Shown here: positions 23,302 through 36,343 of the stretch, piece by piece
Numbering within the stretch: the stretch's first letter is position 1
Layout of the letters: the number at the start of each line of letters is the position of its first letter
Assembly (NCBI GenBank): GCA_965603825.1
Contig: CBFDEM010000054.1
Coordinates: 248,001-312,000 of the forward strand
DNA: 64,000 bases
Direction of reading: 5' to 3'
Origin: Blepharisma stoltei ATCC 30299
Taxonomy: Eukaryota > Protista > Ciliophora
Program-made: the position numbers and the translations under genes
The notes under the pieces: generated by a model
The model's input: only the letters and a program-made list of their open reading frames with translations
What the model was told of the DNA's origin: nothing
Database searches by the model: none

Positions 23302-24096
23302 ATGTTACATCAATATCTTATATCAGGACAATGCATAGCTACAGTTATTCATCGTCTCAGTATGGGCTTAGGGGATTTCGAAGGAATTATATACGGAACA
23401 GAAGACCTCCAACAGTTAAAAAATATCGGGGATTCAGGTGACGCCAAACTTAAAGCAGTCCTTACTATTCATGATGTTTGTTTATCAAACACCCACAGGC
23501 TAATCAGAGATCCACCTTCAATTATTAAAGCTATTTTAGCATGTCCAGAAAGCATGAAAATTTTAGGCTGAATTTCTGGTAAACGAGAAGTCCCTGCCAC
23601 TCCATCACTAGGAGATAGAGAAACTTCTATTTATTTAGAAACAACTAAAAGTAAATACCCTGATAAATTTTCACAGCAACCTTTAATATTTGGCTGCTTT
23701 TGTCAAAACACAAAAGGGTTAGAAAACAATGCAGATATGGATCCTGATTTGAGGGTAATTACGCATTTCGAATATAAATTTTACTCAGTCCGTGAAGGCT
23801 TTAAATCTATTGTGGTAGAAACACAAAATCTACAAAATACTGATACTCAGTATAATGAAATGCCGTTTACTTATGAAATCCCAGAGACTTCTGCGTTTGA
23901 AGAAAACAAAGAAAAAATTATTCAAGAAATAGAGTAATTTTAATATAGACAAGCGCCAATACTTTTGACTGAAGAAAGCCACAACTTTTTAAAGTGCATA
24001 GAAGAATTATTGCCTGAAGTCAGACGCCAAAATTTTAGGTTAGAAGAAGAATTGCAGAAAAACCTTGCGTTAAAAAATATGCTTTATAATAAATAA
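23302..24096 (+). CDS. Abraxas/FAM175-like MPN-minus plus coiled-coil protein
   Basis: ISG...DFEGIIYG...ILGW(TGA)ISGKR...THFEYKFY...QNL, then a coiled coil after intron 23934-23948; TAA 24094-24096. Confidence 0.65.
23934..23948 (+). other. 15-nt intron gtaattttaatatag
   Basis: GT-AG, A at position 10, in-frame TAA; downstream frame open for about 49 codons. Confidence 0.85.
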
Positions 24097-24274
24097 TAAG
24101 TAATAGGATATAGAATATCTTGATGAAAACTATTAAAATACGTTTTTAGATATTCTGAAATCTAGATACATAAATCCAGTCAATAGAAAATGCTCTATCA
24201 ATTAATTATTAAGATTTTTTCAAAAATTCAACTTCAGCGGAAATTCGCAGAAATGGATATTTTTAAATAAAAAA

Positions 24275-25543
24275 ATGAATTCATCTGGACTCACTCAAGA
24301 GCAGACAGAAGCTTTGGCTAATTTCCAAGCTATCACTGAATGCTGGGACAATTCTATTGCATTGCAGCTTATGAAAAGGCACAATTGAGACGTCACTGTA
24401 GCATCTAATGAATTTTTTTCTCTTCTCTCAGAAGAAGCACATCTCCAAGAACGACATAATTCAGATAGGCCCGCTCCCAGAAAAAAATCTCCATCTCGTC
24501 TTAATCAGCAAAACAATGCCCAGCCTGCACCTTCACAAATTCAGCCAAATTGATCTATACGCTCTATAATCTCTTCAGGTGCTAGTGCTATTTATTCTAA
24601 AGCAAGCACATTGGTGTGAAACTTTTGAAATCTTTTTGTCCCCCCTGAAGTTCGTGGCGAAGAATCAGCAAGTGCTCGAGCCTTTGTCACAACTTTACAA
24701 AATTTAAAGACTCCTCTCATCCCTCCATTTAGCACAAGACACTTGCCTGATATCTTATTAGATACAGCCAGCATAAAAAGACCTTTAATTATATATATAA
24801 ACTCAAGAAATGTGCCTACAGAGTATTTAAGAGATATAATTTGTCACGAAGTGACAACTGCGTATATAACAGAAGGGTATTTAGCTTGAGGAGTAGATGA
24901 AAACTCCCAAGATGGTAAAATGGTGATTAGGCTATTGCAGGCTACGACATTGCCGACATTAGCAGTTTTAAAGGTTAGAGACCCTGCAAAACCACAAGTT
25001 ATAGATAGGCTTGAAGGATGTGTACCATTTGATACTTTTCTTGAATTTTTAGATAAAAATTCAAGCCTTTTAAGACCTCACCAAAAAGCTCCAGAAGTGT
25101 CTCAGAGATTACTACAGGAAAGGATAATTAGAGAGCAGCAAGATAGGGAGCTAGAAGAAGCCGAAAGGATTGTTAGAGAAAGATATAAAGCTGAAGAAAT
25201 TAAAAAAGCACAAATGAAAAAAGAGGAGGAAGAAGAAATGAAAAAGCAAATGATTGAAGAAGAAAAAAGAAAGCAAAAAGAAGAGAGTATAGGAGCTGAG
25301 CCAAATCCTGGGCCTGACATAGCTGCTATAAACTTTAGGATGCCTGATGGTAAAAAAATAGAGCGAAGGTTCCAAAAAGACAAAAAAATTGAAATCCTTT
25401 ATGATTATATAGAAACCTCAGGGCTTAAGAATTTCGATATACTTACAAATTTTCCTTCAAAAGTTTTAGACGAAAAACAAGTAACATTAGAAGCTGCTGG
25501 GCTCTTTCCAAAATCTGTTGTTTATGTTAGAGATAACTCATAA
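24275..25543 (+). CDS. FAF2/UBXD8-like UBA-UAS-UBX protein
   Basis: LTQEQTEALANFQAIT...HNW(TGA)DV UBA-like, UAS-like region, coiled coil, UBX (FRMPDGKKIERRF, NFPSK, TLEAAGLFP). Confidence 0.88.
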
Positions 25544-25603
25544 GGACTTGCTATTTAATATGGAAATCACCATTAATAATCCTCTTAGAAAAAACAAAGT
25601 TAT

Positions 25604-27043
25604 TTATCTTGAATTTGCTGCGGTATAATATGAATCTTCACATACTATCATTTGATATATAAGAGGTATGAATTTAACATTTTCTTGCCCAATTATGTCG
25701 TGGAGTTGATGGTTTTCTTCATCTTCAGGAGGAGGATTCTAATTAGAAATTACTGATAAATAGTCATAAGCTTGCATAAATTTAGATATCCCAATTCGAG
25801 ACTCTAAATAACACCTCAGTGTTTCAATTCTTGCAAAAGCTGAATCACTGTCACTTATCCCTGGCAGAGGGACTCCTTCAGGAGTCAGGAAATTTGCCCT
25901 TGCAGGCTGGTTTTCTTCAAAGGATTCCTCTTCTTCGCTGTTAGCAGACTCCGGTCCTTCTCTTAAGCATTTGACGATATCTTCATACCTGGACTCATCT
26001 TTAGATACTCTTTTCTTTTCTTCTTCAGCTGGCTCATTTCTATTCCTTGGCTGCAAAACTCTTTCCTTTTTCCTTTCTTCAGCAGGTGTATGAGGTCTAG
26101 AGTTCTCGTCCCTAGTATGTGAATCTTTTGTGGCGCTAGACAAAGGGTCTTCTTTTAAGCTTGCCCTTCTTTCTTCATTGGGGCTGATTTCTTTTGATAG
26201 AAAAGATTTCCCGAATTCATGCTTGGCTATTGTTTGTGATAAAAGTTCAGGAATTCTTGCACTTAAAAAGTCTTTTTCTAGGATTCGCTTTACTGAAGGG
26301 CGCTTGTGGGGATCTTTTTGTAGCATTTCGTCAATCAAGTCTCGTAGGTTTTGAGAATAGACTGAAGGAATGGAAGGATAAGTGCCTCTTAGGATTTTAA
26401 CGACAAGTCCTTTCATTGAGCTTGCGTCAAAAGCATGCCTGAGGGTGACGATTTCATAAAGGATGCAGCCCAAACTCCATATATCTGATTTTTGATTATA
26501 TGGCTTTTCTTGACAAATTTCGGGAGATAGATAGTATGGAGTTCCTATGGCTGTTTGTGCGCAGTCATATGTATGCTGCAGGACCCTTGAAATTCCGAAA
26601 TCTCCTATTTTTACTTCTCCTTTAGACGTTAAAAAGACATTTTGAGTCTTTAGATCTCGATGAAGAATTTTTCTATCATGAATGTGCTTAATTGCTAGAC
26701 AAATTTGAACGAATCAATCAAGAATTACGTTTTCAGGGAATCCTTTTCCCATTTGTTTTTGCTTAGCAATTTTTGTATACATATCTCCGCCGTCTGCATA
26801 ATCCATAACTATGCATAAACATTTCTTATCCATAAAGCTCTCCCTATAAGTGACAATATAAGGATGTCTCATGGCTTTTAAAACATGAACTTCATTGAGC
26901 GCTTCTTCTTTTTGTTTTCTATCCATCCTCGAAACATCAATAATTTTCATGATGTAAAGCTTACGGTCAATTGTGCTTTGCACGAGCACAGCATGCCCAA
27001 AACTGCCTTTTCCAACAACTTTGACTTTTCGATACTTTTCCAT
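25604..27043 (-). CDS. NIMA-related kinase (NEK1-like)
   Basis: GKGSFG, ILDW(TGA)FVQI, HRDLKTQN, GDFG, GTPYYLSPE; NEK1-type tail (RIETLRCYLE...LIYQMIVCED) after intron 25739-25753. Confidence 0.93.
25739..25753 (-). other. 15-nt intron gtaatttctaattag
   Basis: GT-AG, A at position 10, in-frame TAG removed. Confidence 0.88.
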
Positions 27044-27130
27044 TTATCAATTTAAATTAAGAATCCTGAGCATTTATTTCCATTTTGAATTAATTCTAAC
27101 TGCCATCAATTGTAGTTCATTAAATTTAGA

Positions 27131-29968
27131 TTAAAGTTCTCCAGATTGAGCATTTGGGAATAATGCTGATTTTATCTGGGCATTTCTCTTAAACTCTGTT
27201 TCATCTGATGGCCTTTCTTTGCTTAAGCTAGAATCTGCACTATAAATGGATTCAACTTTCCTGACGTAAAAATCTGAAAAATCGTATGGCTTAAGAGTAA
27301 CATCGCCTATAGGTGAATTCTTTGTATTTTGACTAAATTGATAAGGCTTCCCGGTTCCCTGTTTTAATTTGAAATCAATTTCTTTATCATTTTTAGCTCA
27401 GGAATGAGGAACTAATACATTTGTGTTACCATTTAATATTTTTTTGTTTTTGTCGATAAAAGTAAAATTGCCAAGTGATATACCTTTATATGAGTCATGC
27501 AAATTTCATAGTCGGAAGTTTAAGATACCATTTTTAATAACAGCGCTTGATAAATATGCATCGGTGCTGTTTAATCCAAACAAATATAATGAATTATATT
27601 CTCATTTTCTTGTAAATTCGCACGCTTTTGCTTTCTCATTAGTAAGAGAAAAATCATTAATATTTTCTATTCAAAACGAATATACATCTGTTTTTGCTTC
27701 TAAATATGCCCTTTTGTAATTATAAGCAAGAAGCTCTCCAATTTCAACTTCATAATGATATTTCACAAATGTTTTATCATCCACCCCCATTACAAGTCCA
27801 AAAGTATCATCATTTGCCAAACTTCTATGCATTAAAATTTCAAATGAATTTTGATTGACAATTCCTACTCCCAAAGAAAATTTGGGATAAAATTTAATAT
27901 ATTCATTGCCAAGCTTTATAGCGAATCCTCCAGGCGTAGGATACATATTTGATCCTTTTTTACCAGGATCATCATTTTTGAAGTATTTTCTAATTCTTAA
28001 ATCCCCAGAATTTGAAGTCAATAATCATTCGTTGCTAGAAATATCTTCACTTGTAAATCTCACTAAAATTTCTTCATTCATTGTGGAATAAAAGCCATAA
28101 ACTCACATAAATCTTTTTTCTCCATATAGCATAATTTTTTGATAGTAGTTTTGGTATTCATCTTGAGATTTTTTTCTTCTCCAAATTATTTCTGCAATCT
28201 GGACTACAGGTCCGTTTAAAATCTTTATGCTTATGAGTGATGTGTCACTCATAGAAAAACCTTGATTTGTGGGGTGATATATATAAGCGCCTCCTTTTTC
28301 TCCTGAATAAGTCCATAATTCTTGTTTAAAATCATAATTTCCTTTACCTATAACTGATATTTTATTTACAAGTCCGAGGTTATTAATCTCAATTCTGAAA
28401 ACTTTATCTCTTAAAATATTATCATGGCTTATAGTTGATAATTTCGCACAAAATTTGCAATATGAAGGATGCTCAGTTACAAATAAAGTAGCAAAAGAAA
28501 GTGCAGGTAGTTTTATTTTGAAATAAATTGTTCACTTAGAATTTTTTTCGGTTTTTTCTTCAACACTTTGAGAGGCTACGTAATCACCATCCCAATTTTT
28601 TATATCAATATTTGGTGTATCAGATTTTATGTTGAGGAGGGTAGCTTTATCCCAATTTAATGGATTATATACAATTATAACTTTATAAGGGAGCATTAGC
28701 CAGTAGCTTTGCGAAGATTTTGTAAAAGCTGCTTTAATTGTTTCCTTAATAGCTTTGTTAGCATTTTTTTGCTCATTTACTAATCTCTCCATATAATCCT
28801 GAGCCACATGTGGACGGCATGTTCCTGTAATCCCGTCATGATGAAGAGCTAAACTAGCATCATAAGCATAATATGATTCTGATTTTATAACTGATTTTGC
28901 GATTTCTGCAGCTCTTGCTAGTTTTTGAGTGTAATAAATAGTTTGCTTTAGAGCTGGCCTTGTTGAGTAGTGGCCAGTTCAATAGGCTTCTTCATTTGTT
29001 GGCCTATGGCTGTGATATGGAAGAAAATCTCCTGTGTATATGGAAAACTTAGAATTGGACTGTTTTACTGCTTCAAAATATTCTCCAGCTGTAGCTATTC
29101 TGATCTTTACATCAGGGATATTATCATTAATAAAATCCCTCATTTTTTCAATTCTCTTAAAAAGTTCTCTGGCTACATCAAGCCTATCAAATAAAAAGTC
29201 TTCTCCATATAAGAGCATTATTTTGTCCGTTTTATATGATTTAGATCGATCTTTAGCCAAATTATAAAGGGCTTTAGCACTGTATATACCTTACCATTCT
29301 TCTATTGATTTTTTCTCAGCAAATCAATTCCCAGGCCTTGTAGGGTGAAGGAAAAGTGGAGGATCATAATGATCATAAAGGAGATGTGTGAAAATCGATT
29401 CCTCGTCACCTAAGTTAACTCCCTTTCAAATAAATTCTAAATCTCCTTCGTTTATTAATTGCTTTTTAAATTCCACGTTTATTCGATTGATAACAAGATA
29501 CTCAAATCCAAACTTTGAAAATAAACTTGGAGTTAGCGCAGAATGACCAAATGGGTCAATTTGCCAACCCACCTTGACTTTATCAATTCCAAACTCGTCT
29601 TTTAAGTATTGATGCCCATGCTCAATTTGCCTTATAACCATCTCAATATCAGTAGATGCTTCATCATTTTGTACATATCCTGCACCTACAAATTCGATTT
29701 GTCCTTTCTTCACAAAATCTTTAAATTGGTTTTTAACTATTTCAGATTGACTATTCATTCACATTTTAAGGAATGAAATCTCTGACCAGACAACTTTTCT
29801 TTTTTCGTCCTCTTGGAGCAATGTCATGAGAGAGCTCAAAATATTTTTGACTTTATTATCATAATACCAATTCACAGGTTCAATCCATCCAGGATCACAA
29901 TGAGAGTGTGGGACTATAAAAAGTTCTAAGCCTTTACAAAAGGTGACAATAATTAACGCAGTTCACAT
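27131..29968 (-). CDS. GH38 alpha-mannosidase, paralog A (~940 aa, no C-terminal TM)
   Basis: MW(TGA)TAL signal peptide, VPHSHCDPGW, GWQIDPFGHS, YWTGHYSTRP, HHD; all fragments in one frame; intron 29280-29294; TAA 27131-27133. Confidence 0.9.
29280..29294 (-). other. 15-nt intron gtaaggtatatacag
   Basis: GT-AG, A at position 10; same position as the intron in paralog B. Confidence 0.88.
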
Positions 29969-30181
29969 TCCGTATATTAATTATAAATGCAAATTAAAAT
30001 CATGTTGAGAGAGCTAAATATATATTTTTCTATTCAGATTTGCAATATTTTAATGTTAATATAATAGTCTAGTAAATAATTTATTTCTTATACTCGAGCA
30101 AACTTGTAATAATAGGAGTCATTTGCTCTAATTTTCAAGAATTATTTTTTTTAATTTATGTTGCTGAATTATTAAATTTCT

Positions 30182-33100
30182 TTAATAAAGTTGACTTGGC
30201 CGTTTTTTCTTTGGTTTAAAGTACCAAATGAGGCTGATAATAGTAATGGAAGAAAAGCAAAACATGATAACATACTCAAAAACTTGAAGCGTGCCTACCT
30301 GAGAATTGTCTTTCTCAACTATGTTGTTCACAACTATATTTCTTCACATTTCATTTGCATTTTTGCTACCTTGAATAGGGTTTACTTTAATATTTGTTCC
30401 TTGGGAATTATTTAATTTATTTTTTATAACCTCAACGATATCTGGATTTCAATTCAGGTCGTTTTCTTCCTTTCGAGAATTTTTACTGGTGTTTAAATTT
30501 ATTTCAATTTTTTCTTTAATCCCAATTTCTTCAGAAATTTTTTGGATAGTTCTATTTAACTCGCTTTCAGATCTTCCTTCATTTTGCTGCATAATTTCGG
30601 CACGAATTTTTTCCATGGACACAATTTCATTTTCTTCTTCATCAAAATTGTCGTCTGTTGAGTTATCATTAGTTATTATTTGGCTTTCTTCTGCTTTTCT
30701 TACTTGAAATGCTGAAAATTCTCAGGGCTTAAGTACTATGTCTCCTTTTCAAATATCTTTGCTTTTATTTTCAAATTCAAAAGTACTTCCTGATCTTGGC
30801 ATCTCTGCAAAATCTATCTCAGTCCCACTTTTATTTCAGACATTTTGAGCTAATAGATTACTATATCCGCCTAACAATTTCCTCCTTCCAAGCTTATAAT
30901 TATTAAAAGAAATTCCTTGAAAAGCATCCTTTAAATTTCAAAGCCTGAAAATTAATTCACCTTTTTTAATTACAGAACTTGACAGATAGACATCAGGATT
31001 ATTGAAGCCAAACAGATAATAAGTTAAATAAGTCCAGTTACCTGTAAATTGATGAGCATTATTTATATCATGGCCAAGTTTAAAAGTTTCATTGTTTTCT
31101 ATCCATCACGCATACGCATCAGTTTTAGCCTCAATATATAATTTTTTAAAATTACAGTGCTTAAGTTCTCCAAGCTCAATTTCGAAATGATAATCCACAA
31201 AGGTTCTGTCATCAACACCTTCCAAAAGCCCAAAATCATCGTCTTGATCTAAATTTCTGTGCATTAAAATTTCGAATGAATTTTCATTAGCTATAGCTAC
31301 ACCTAATGAAAATTTTGGAATAATTTTTAGATACTCATACCCTATATTGACTGCAAAACCGCCTGACACTGGATACATATTTAATCCTTTTTCTCCTGGG
31401 CCATTAACCGGGAAATATTTTCTTGATCTCAAATCTCCAGAGTTTGAAGTTAGCAGCCATTCATTGCCTGAAATATTTTGACTTGTGAATCTAAATAGAA
31501 TTTCTTCATTTGTATTAGAAAATAAACCGCATTTTCATATGAATTTTTTTTCTCCATATAGAATGATTTTTTGGTGATAAAATTTATGGTTTTCTTGCAT
31601 TTGAACCCTACTTCATACCACTTCGGCGATTTGAACGATTTTTCCATTCCAAATTTTTATTTTTCTCAATGACAGATCATTTAATTTTTTACCGCTATCA
31701 GCTGGTTGAAAAATATAAGCTCCGCCATCGTTTCCATTATAATTTCATATTTCTTGATTCAATTGATATTTAGGTTTTCCATATGTAGAGATATTGCTAA
31801 TCATTCCAAAATCATCAAATTCAATTCGATATACAGAATCCTGTAAAATTGAGTTATTATTTAAAGTTGATTCACTTGAGCAAAACTCACAGTGGAAGGA
31901 GTACTCTGTAATGAATAAGGTTGTAAATGATAGAGCTGGTAAAGTTACTTTGAAGTAAATTGTATATTTTTTAGAGCTCCCTGAATCATTTTCAATACTT
32001 TGTGAAGGAATATAAGTACTAATTCAACTCTGAATTTCAACGTAAGGACTGTCTGATTCTATGTTTAGCAGGCTTGGTTTGTTCCAATTTAATGGGTTAT
32101 ATGCAATGATCACTCTGTATGGAAGCATTAGTTCATAGTTATATGAGGTGTTTGTAAAAACACTGCTTATAACTTCATTAATTGCATATGTAGCTTTTGC
32201 TTGCTCATCTTCAAGTTTTTCCATAAAATCCATCGCAACGTGTGGCTTGCACGTTCCAGATATAGAATCATGATGCAATGCTAAGCTAGCCTGATGACCT
32301 AAATATTGCTCATTTTTTATTAATGATTTTGCAATTTCAGCAGCTCTAACTAGTTGATGAGTAAACGAAATTGCTTGCTTTAAAGCCGGTCTTGTAGAAT
32401 AATACCCAGTTCAATACGCAGGCTGATTAAAACGCCTATACATTTTATATGGGAAAAAATCTTTGTCATATGTCGAAAATTTTGCGTTGGATTGTTTTAC
32501 GGCGCTGAAATACTCACTAGGAGTTGCGATTTTGATAGAAAAATCAGGATAATTTTGGGAATTAATATAATCGCGAAGCATTTCAATTCGTCTATAGAAT
32601 AGTCTTCCTTCATCAATAGATTTATATCAAAAATCGCCTCCATATAAAATCATGAGATTAGAAGTTTTATAAGCTGCTGCTCTTTCTTTAGTCAGATTGT
32701 AAAGCTTTTCAGCACTAAATAGAATTTACCATCATATTATGCTTCCTTTTCCAGTAATCAAGCAATTTTCAAGAGAATTTCCTGGATCAATTATATCTGG
32801 AGGAGTATAATGATCATAAAGGAGGTGTGTGAAAATCGATTCCTCGTCACCTAAGTTAACTCCCTTTCACATAAACTCTAAATCTCCTTCGTTTATTAAT
32901 TGTGTTTTAAAATCAAGGTTTATTCGATTGATAACAAGATACTCAAATCCAAACTTTGAAAATAAACTTGGAGTTAGTGCAGAATGACCAAATGGGTCAA
33001 TTTGCCAACCTACCTTGACTTTATCAATTCCAAACTCGTCTTTTAAGTATTGATGCCCATGCTCAATTTGCCTTATAACCATCTCAATATCAGTAGATGC

Positions 33101-33409
33101 TTCATCATTTTGTACATATCCTGCACCTACAAATTCGATTTGTCCTTTCTTCACGAAATCTTTAAACCTCACTTTTGCATCTTCAGATTGATCGGAAAAC
33201 CATCTTTGTAAAAACGAAATCTCAGATCAAACGAATTTTCTCTTTTCATCTTCTTCCAGCAAAGTAATAATACCGCTCAGAATAGATTTGACTTGATTTT
33301 CATAGTACCAATCAAAAGTCTCAATCCATCCAGGATCACAATGAGAGTGCGGGACTATAAAAAGCTCATAACCTTTGCAGAAGTATAAAAGAGACAGTAA
33401 GCCCCACAT
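30182..33409 (-). CDS. GH38 alpha-mannosidase, paralog B (~1070 aa, C-terminal TM anchor)
   Basis: Same catalytic motifs; intron 32715-32729; extra acidic stalk, then YVIMFCFSSITIISLIWYF-KPKKKRPSQLY-TAA. Confidence 0.9.
32715..32729 (-). other. 15-nt intron gtaaattctatttag
   Basis: GT-AG, A at position 10, homologous to the paralog A intron. Confidence 0.88.
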
Positions 33410-33472
33410 TTAAATATAGAAAAATATTTAGATAGTCAGAAATTATTATTAAAATCATTTTAGCATAAAAAT

Positions 33473-35482
33473 CTAATATCCAGCAATGAGCTTACATCCT
33501 CTTCTCATATTTGTACACCAATCAGCAGGAGCTTTGGCTGCGAATTTATTTACTAAGTATGTTGGGATTAGACCTTTTACGTCATTTTGAGTGATGATTG
33601 TGACTTTACAAGACCTTTGAGTCATTGGTCTGATTATATATCCAGAAATCAACGTTTCTGCTCTTATAACTCCTTTTCTCGGCGGCATCATAGGATGTTC
33701 CATACTAATGAAATGCAGCATTATTGTATTCGGCTCTGGGTAGTTTCTTAGCTCTATTCTCCTTTGAAGCCAATCTCTTCTCGTAATTCCCATTGGAGTT
33801 TTGATCATATAATAAAGCACCTCATAATCAGCAGTTTTATCAATAATTTTGAACTCATGGAACAGTTTATCCCACTCAGTCCTAACAGTAGTGTCCCAAA
33901 TGGCTTTATAAACAGTTTCAGCTGGATAATCCACTTCACAAAAAGCTTTAATCATACAAATAGGGGAATCACTGACCTTCTTTTGATAGCATTGAGTTCC
34001 TGGCTTGTCTACCACATGTCTCCATATTTTATCTGAATTTACTTCTTTTTCAATTTCTAATAGAAGGTCGAAATCGCTTTGGAATTTGTGGATGGAAACA
34101 TCAATTTTGACCGTATTGATTTGTTTGTCGATTTCTGGGCTGTTTTGCAGCTTTTTAATGCTACTAGCTCTTTGAATTTCAAAGCTTTCTCTCATAGATC
34201 GGGACTGGTCAGGGGATTTTTCTTCTTCAGCTTCTTCGCTGCTGACACTTTGGTCAATGTCATTGACTAAGCCTTGAAATGGAGGCGGAGGAGACTTTGG
34301 AGGGATAATTGAGGAAGTAAACTTTTTATCATAAGTCCGAATAGGACTTTCTATTTTTATTGTAATATCTCTTTCATTAGCTACAGATTCTAGATCTGAT
34401 GCCACTGATTCTGCAGGTTCTTCTTCAGCTTTGGCAAATATAGGGGATGTAAAGGTTGTAATCGATGAAGAAATACTTGAAATCATTGCAAGCCTCTCTA
34501 TGTCTTTAAATTGAAGCTTATGATATGGACTTGACCTGGTATACCCAGGAATGCTTGCTCTTCTAAATAATAATCTTTCACTTATCACTTTATTCTCCCA
34601 ACTTTTTCTTTTGAAGCATTCTCCTTTGGTCTTAAGAAAGTAATCTAAATCATTTATTGCTTTGCAAGAAGGGAAATTATGGCTAGCTTGAGAGCAGTGA
34701 AGGGCTGAGCATGGTAAAACTTGCTCTATTAAATCTTCTTCGTGTGCTTGCGAATTTTTGAGGATTTTTTTGGTTTTTTTACGCGAAATTAAGAGCTCGA
34801 TCTGTCTGACTGCTTCTAGCTCATGGTCTTCTCTATCTGGTGTTTCTTTTAATAGCTGCATTATAGGAATATACACATGTTTTAGTCTAGCTGCAGTTAT
34901 GCTGGTATTTACATTAAAATCCACTGAATATCTAAGTTCAGCTACCGAATTGATTAAAGCTGCATGTGGAACATTCTTGCTCAAAAATTTCTTTAAATTC
35001 TGTACTTCTTTCATGATCGCGGGATTATGCAATTGCAAAATAAAAGCAGGTCTGTATTCATTTATTATATGCTCTAGTATTCCTGCAAAATCTGAAATTG
35101 GGATTTTTGATTTTTTTAATTTTTTCATGTAATACATTAGGCAAGTTAACCTGAACTCATATTCTTTTTCCTTTGTCAAGCTATTTTTAGGGATTTTGCT
35201 TCTTTTTCATGTCCTTCCTAAGGCATGTCCTATCCCTAGGCCTAATACACCTCCAACTATACCTCCCACAACAGTAGCGCCAGTGAAAATCACAAAGCCA
35301 AGCACAGCAAGTATTGAGCCTCCTATAATTGTCCCAAGGTAGCGCCTGTCCGTTTTTCCTAGAGTTTCGCATATTTTCTGTAAGTCAAGCTCATAGCAAT
35401 TCAGTTCGGGCTGAACAACTCTAGGGAAAATCTCAGAAACTACAGCACAGCTCCTTGTTTTCCTATGTTTTCTATGGCCCAT
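33473..35482 (-). CDS. START lipid-binding domain protein with N-terminal glycine-rich TM hairpin
   Basis: ORFs 35207- and 33473-35179 join via TGA=Trp; C-terminal START (RTEWD, TRRDW, PPRKGVIRA, SGYIIRP, DVKGLIP). Start at MGHRKH is inferred. Confidence 0.85.
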
Positions 35483-35532
35483 TAAATTTTCAAATAAATT
35501 ACTAAGCAGCTCATCTTTATTTAGACTAATAA

Positions 35533-36297
35533 ATGGCAAAGGATATTGAGCCTGAAAACTATATTAAAAATCCTGTCGAAGGTTTTGGTAAAAAAATATT
35601 CGAAAAATTGGGGTGGTACGAGGGAAGAGGTGTGGGGAAAAATTCGCAAGGAGAAATTCCTATTCATTTTAATGCTGTACCTAGAAGTGAAAGAAAAGGG
35701 CTGGGCGCAACTGATGAAATGGAGTCAGAACAAAAAAGAAAGTTTGAAATTGGGACAAAGGTAAAAATCATTGAAGGAAAGCATAAAGGGATTAGAGGAG
35801 TGGTAGCAGATATAGTGGATATGTTTGTATTTATTGAATTGCCAAGAACTGTTAATCAAATCAGAGTAAAAACGAGTAAGGTGGTAAAATATGAAGAAAA
35901 TGAGAACAGTGAAGCAAATGATAGGTCTACAAGACAGAAAAAGCTCAGATGGGTAATGCCAGGATTAAGAGTTAGAGTTAGAAGCCAAAAAGTATGTGAT
36001 GGAAGTTTATATAACTCAAAAGTTATCATAAATGATGTGCTTGATAAATATAGCTTCACAGCATTACTGAGAAATCAAAGAATTATTACAAATTTGACAG
36101 AAAAAGACATAGAAACTGTTATTCCTAGCTTAAATGAACCAATCATGATATTAAAAGGTACAAATAGAGGGGAAGTAGCAAATTTAATTGAAAGAGATCG
36201 TAAAAGGAACAAAGTTAAGGTTCAACTAATCAATGAAAGCCCTGAATTAATAGAATACACGCAGGATGATGTATGTGAGTTCGTCAAATTAACATAA
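35533..36297 (+). CDS. G-patch and KOW protein (GPKOW/Spp2/MOS2-like)
   Basis: PVEGFGKKIFEKLGWYEGRGVG...GLGA G-patch; KOW motifs; LETVIP-like DIETVIP; DDVCE end. Confidence 0.88.
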   Translation: MAKDIEPENYIKNPVEGFGKKIFEKLGWYEGRGVGKNSQGEIPIHFNAVPRSERKGLGATDEMESEQKRKFEIGTKVKIIEGKHKGIRGVVADIVDMFVFIELPRTVNQIRVKTSKVVKYEENENSEANDRSTRQKKLRWVMPGLRVRVRSQKVCDGSLYNSKVIINDVLDKYSFTALLRNQRIITNLTEKDIETVIPSLNEPIMILKGTNRGEVANLIERDRKRNKVKVQLINESPELIEYTQDDVCEFVKLT

Positions 36298-36343
36298 ATA
36301 ATATTCTGTTTTTTATTAGATAAAAAATATTTTGCATGCAAAT

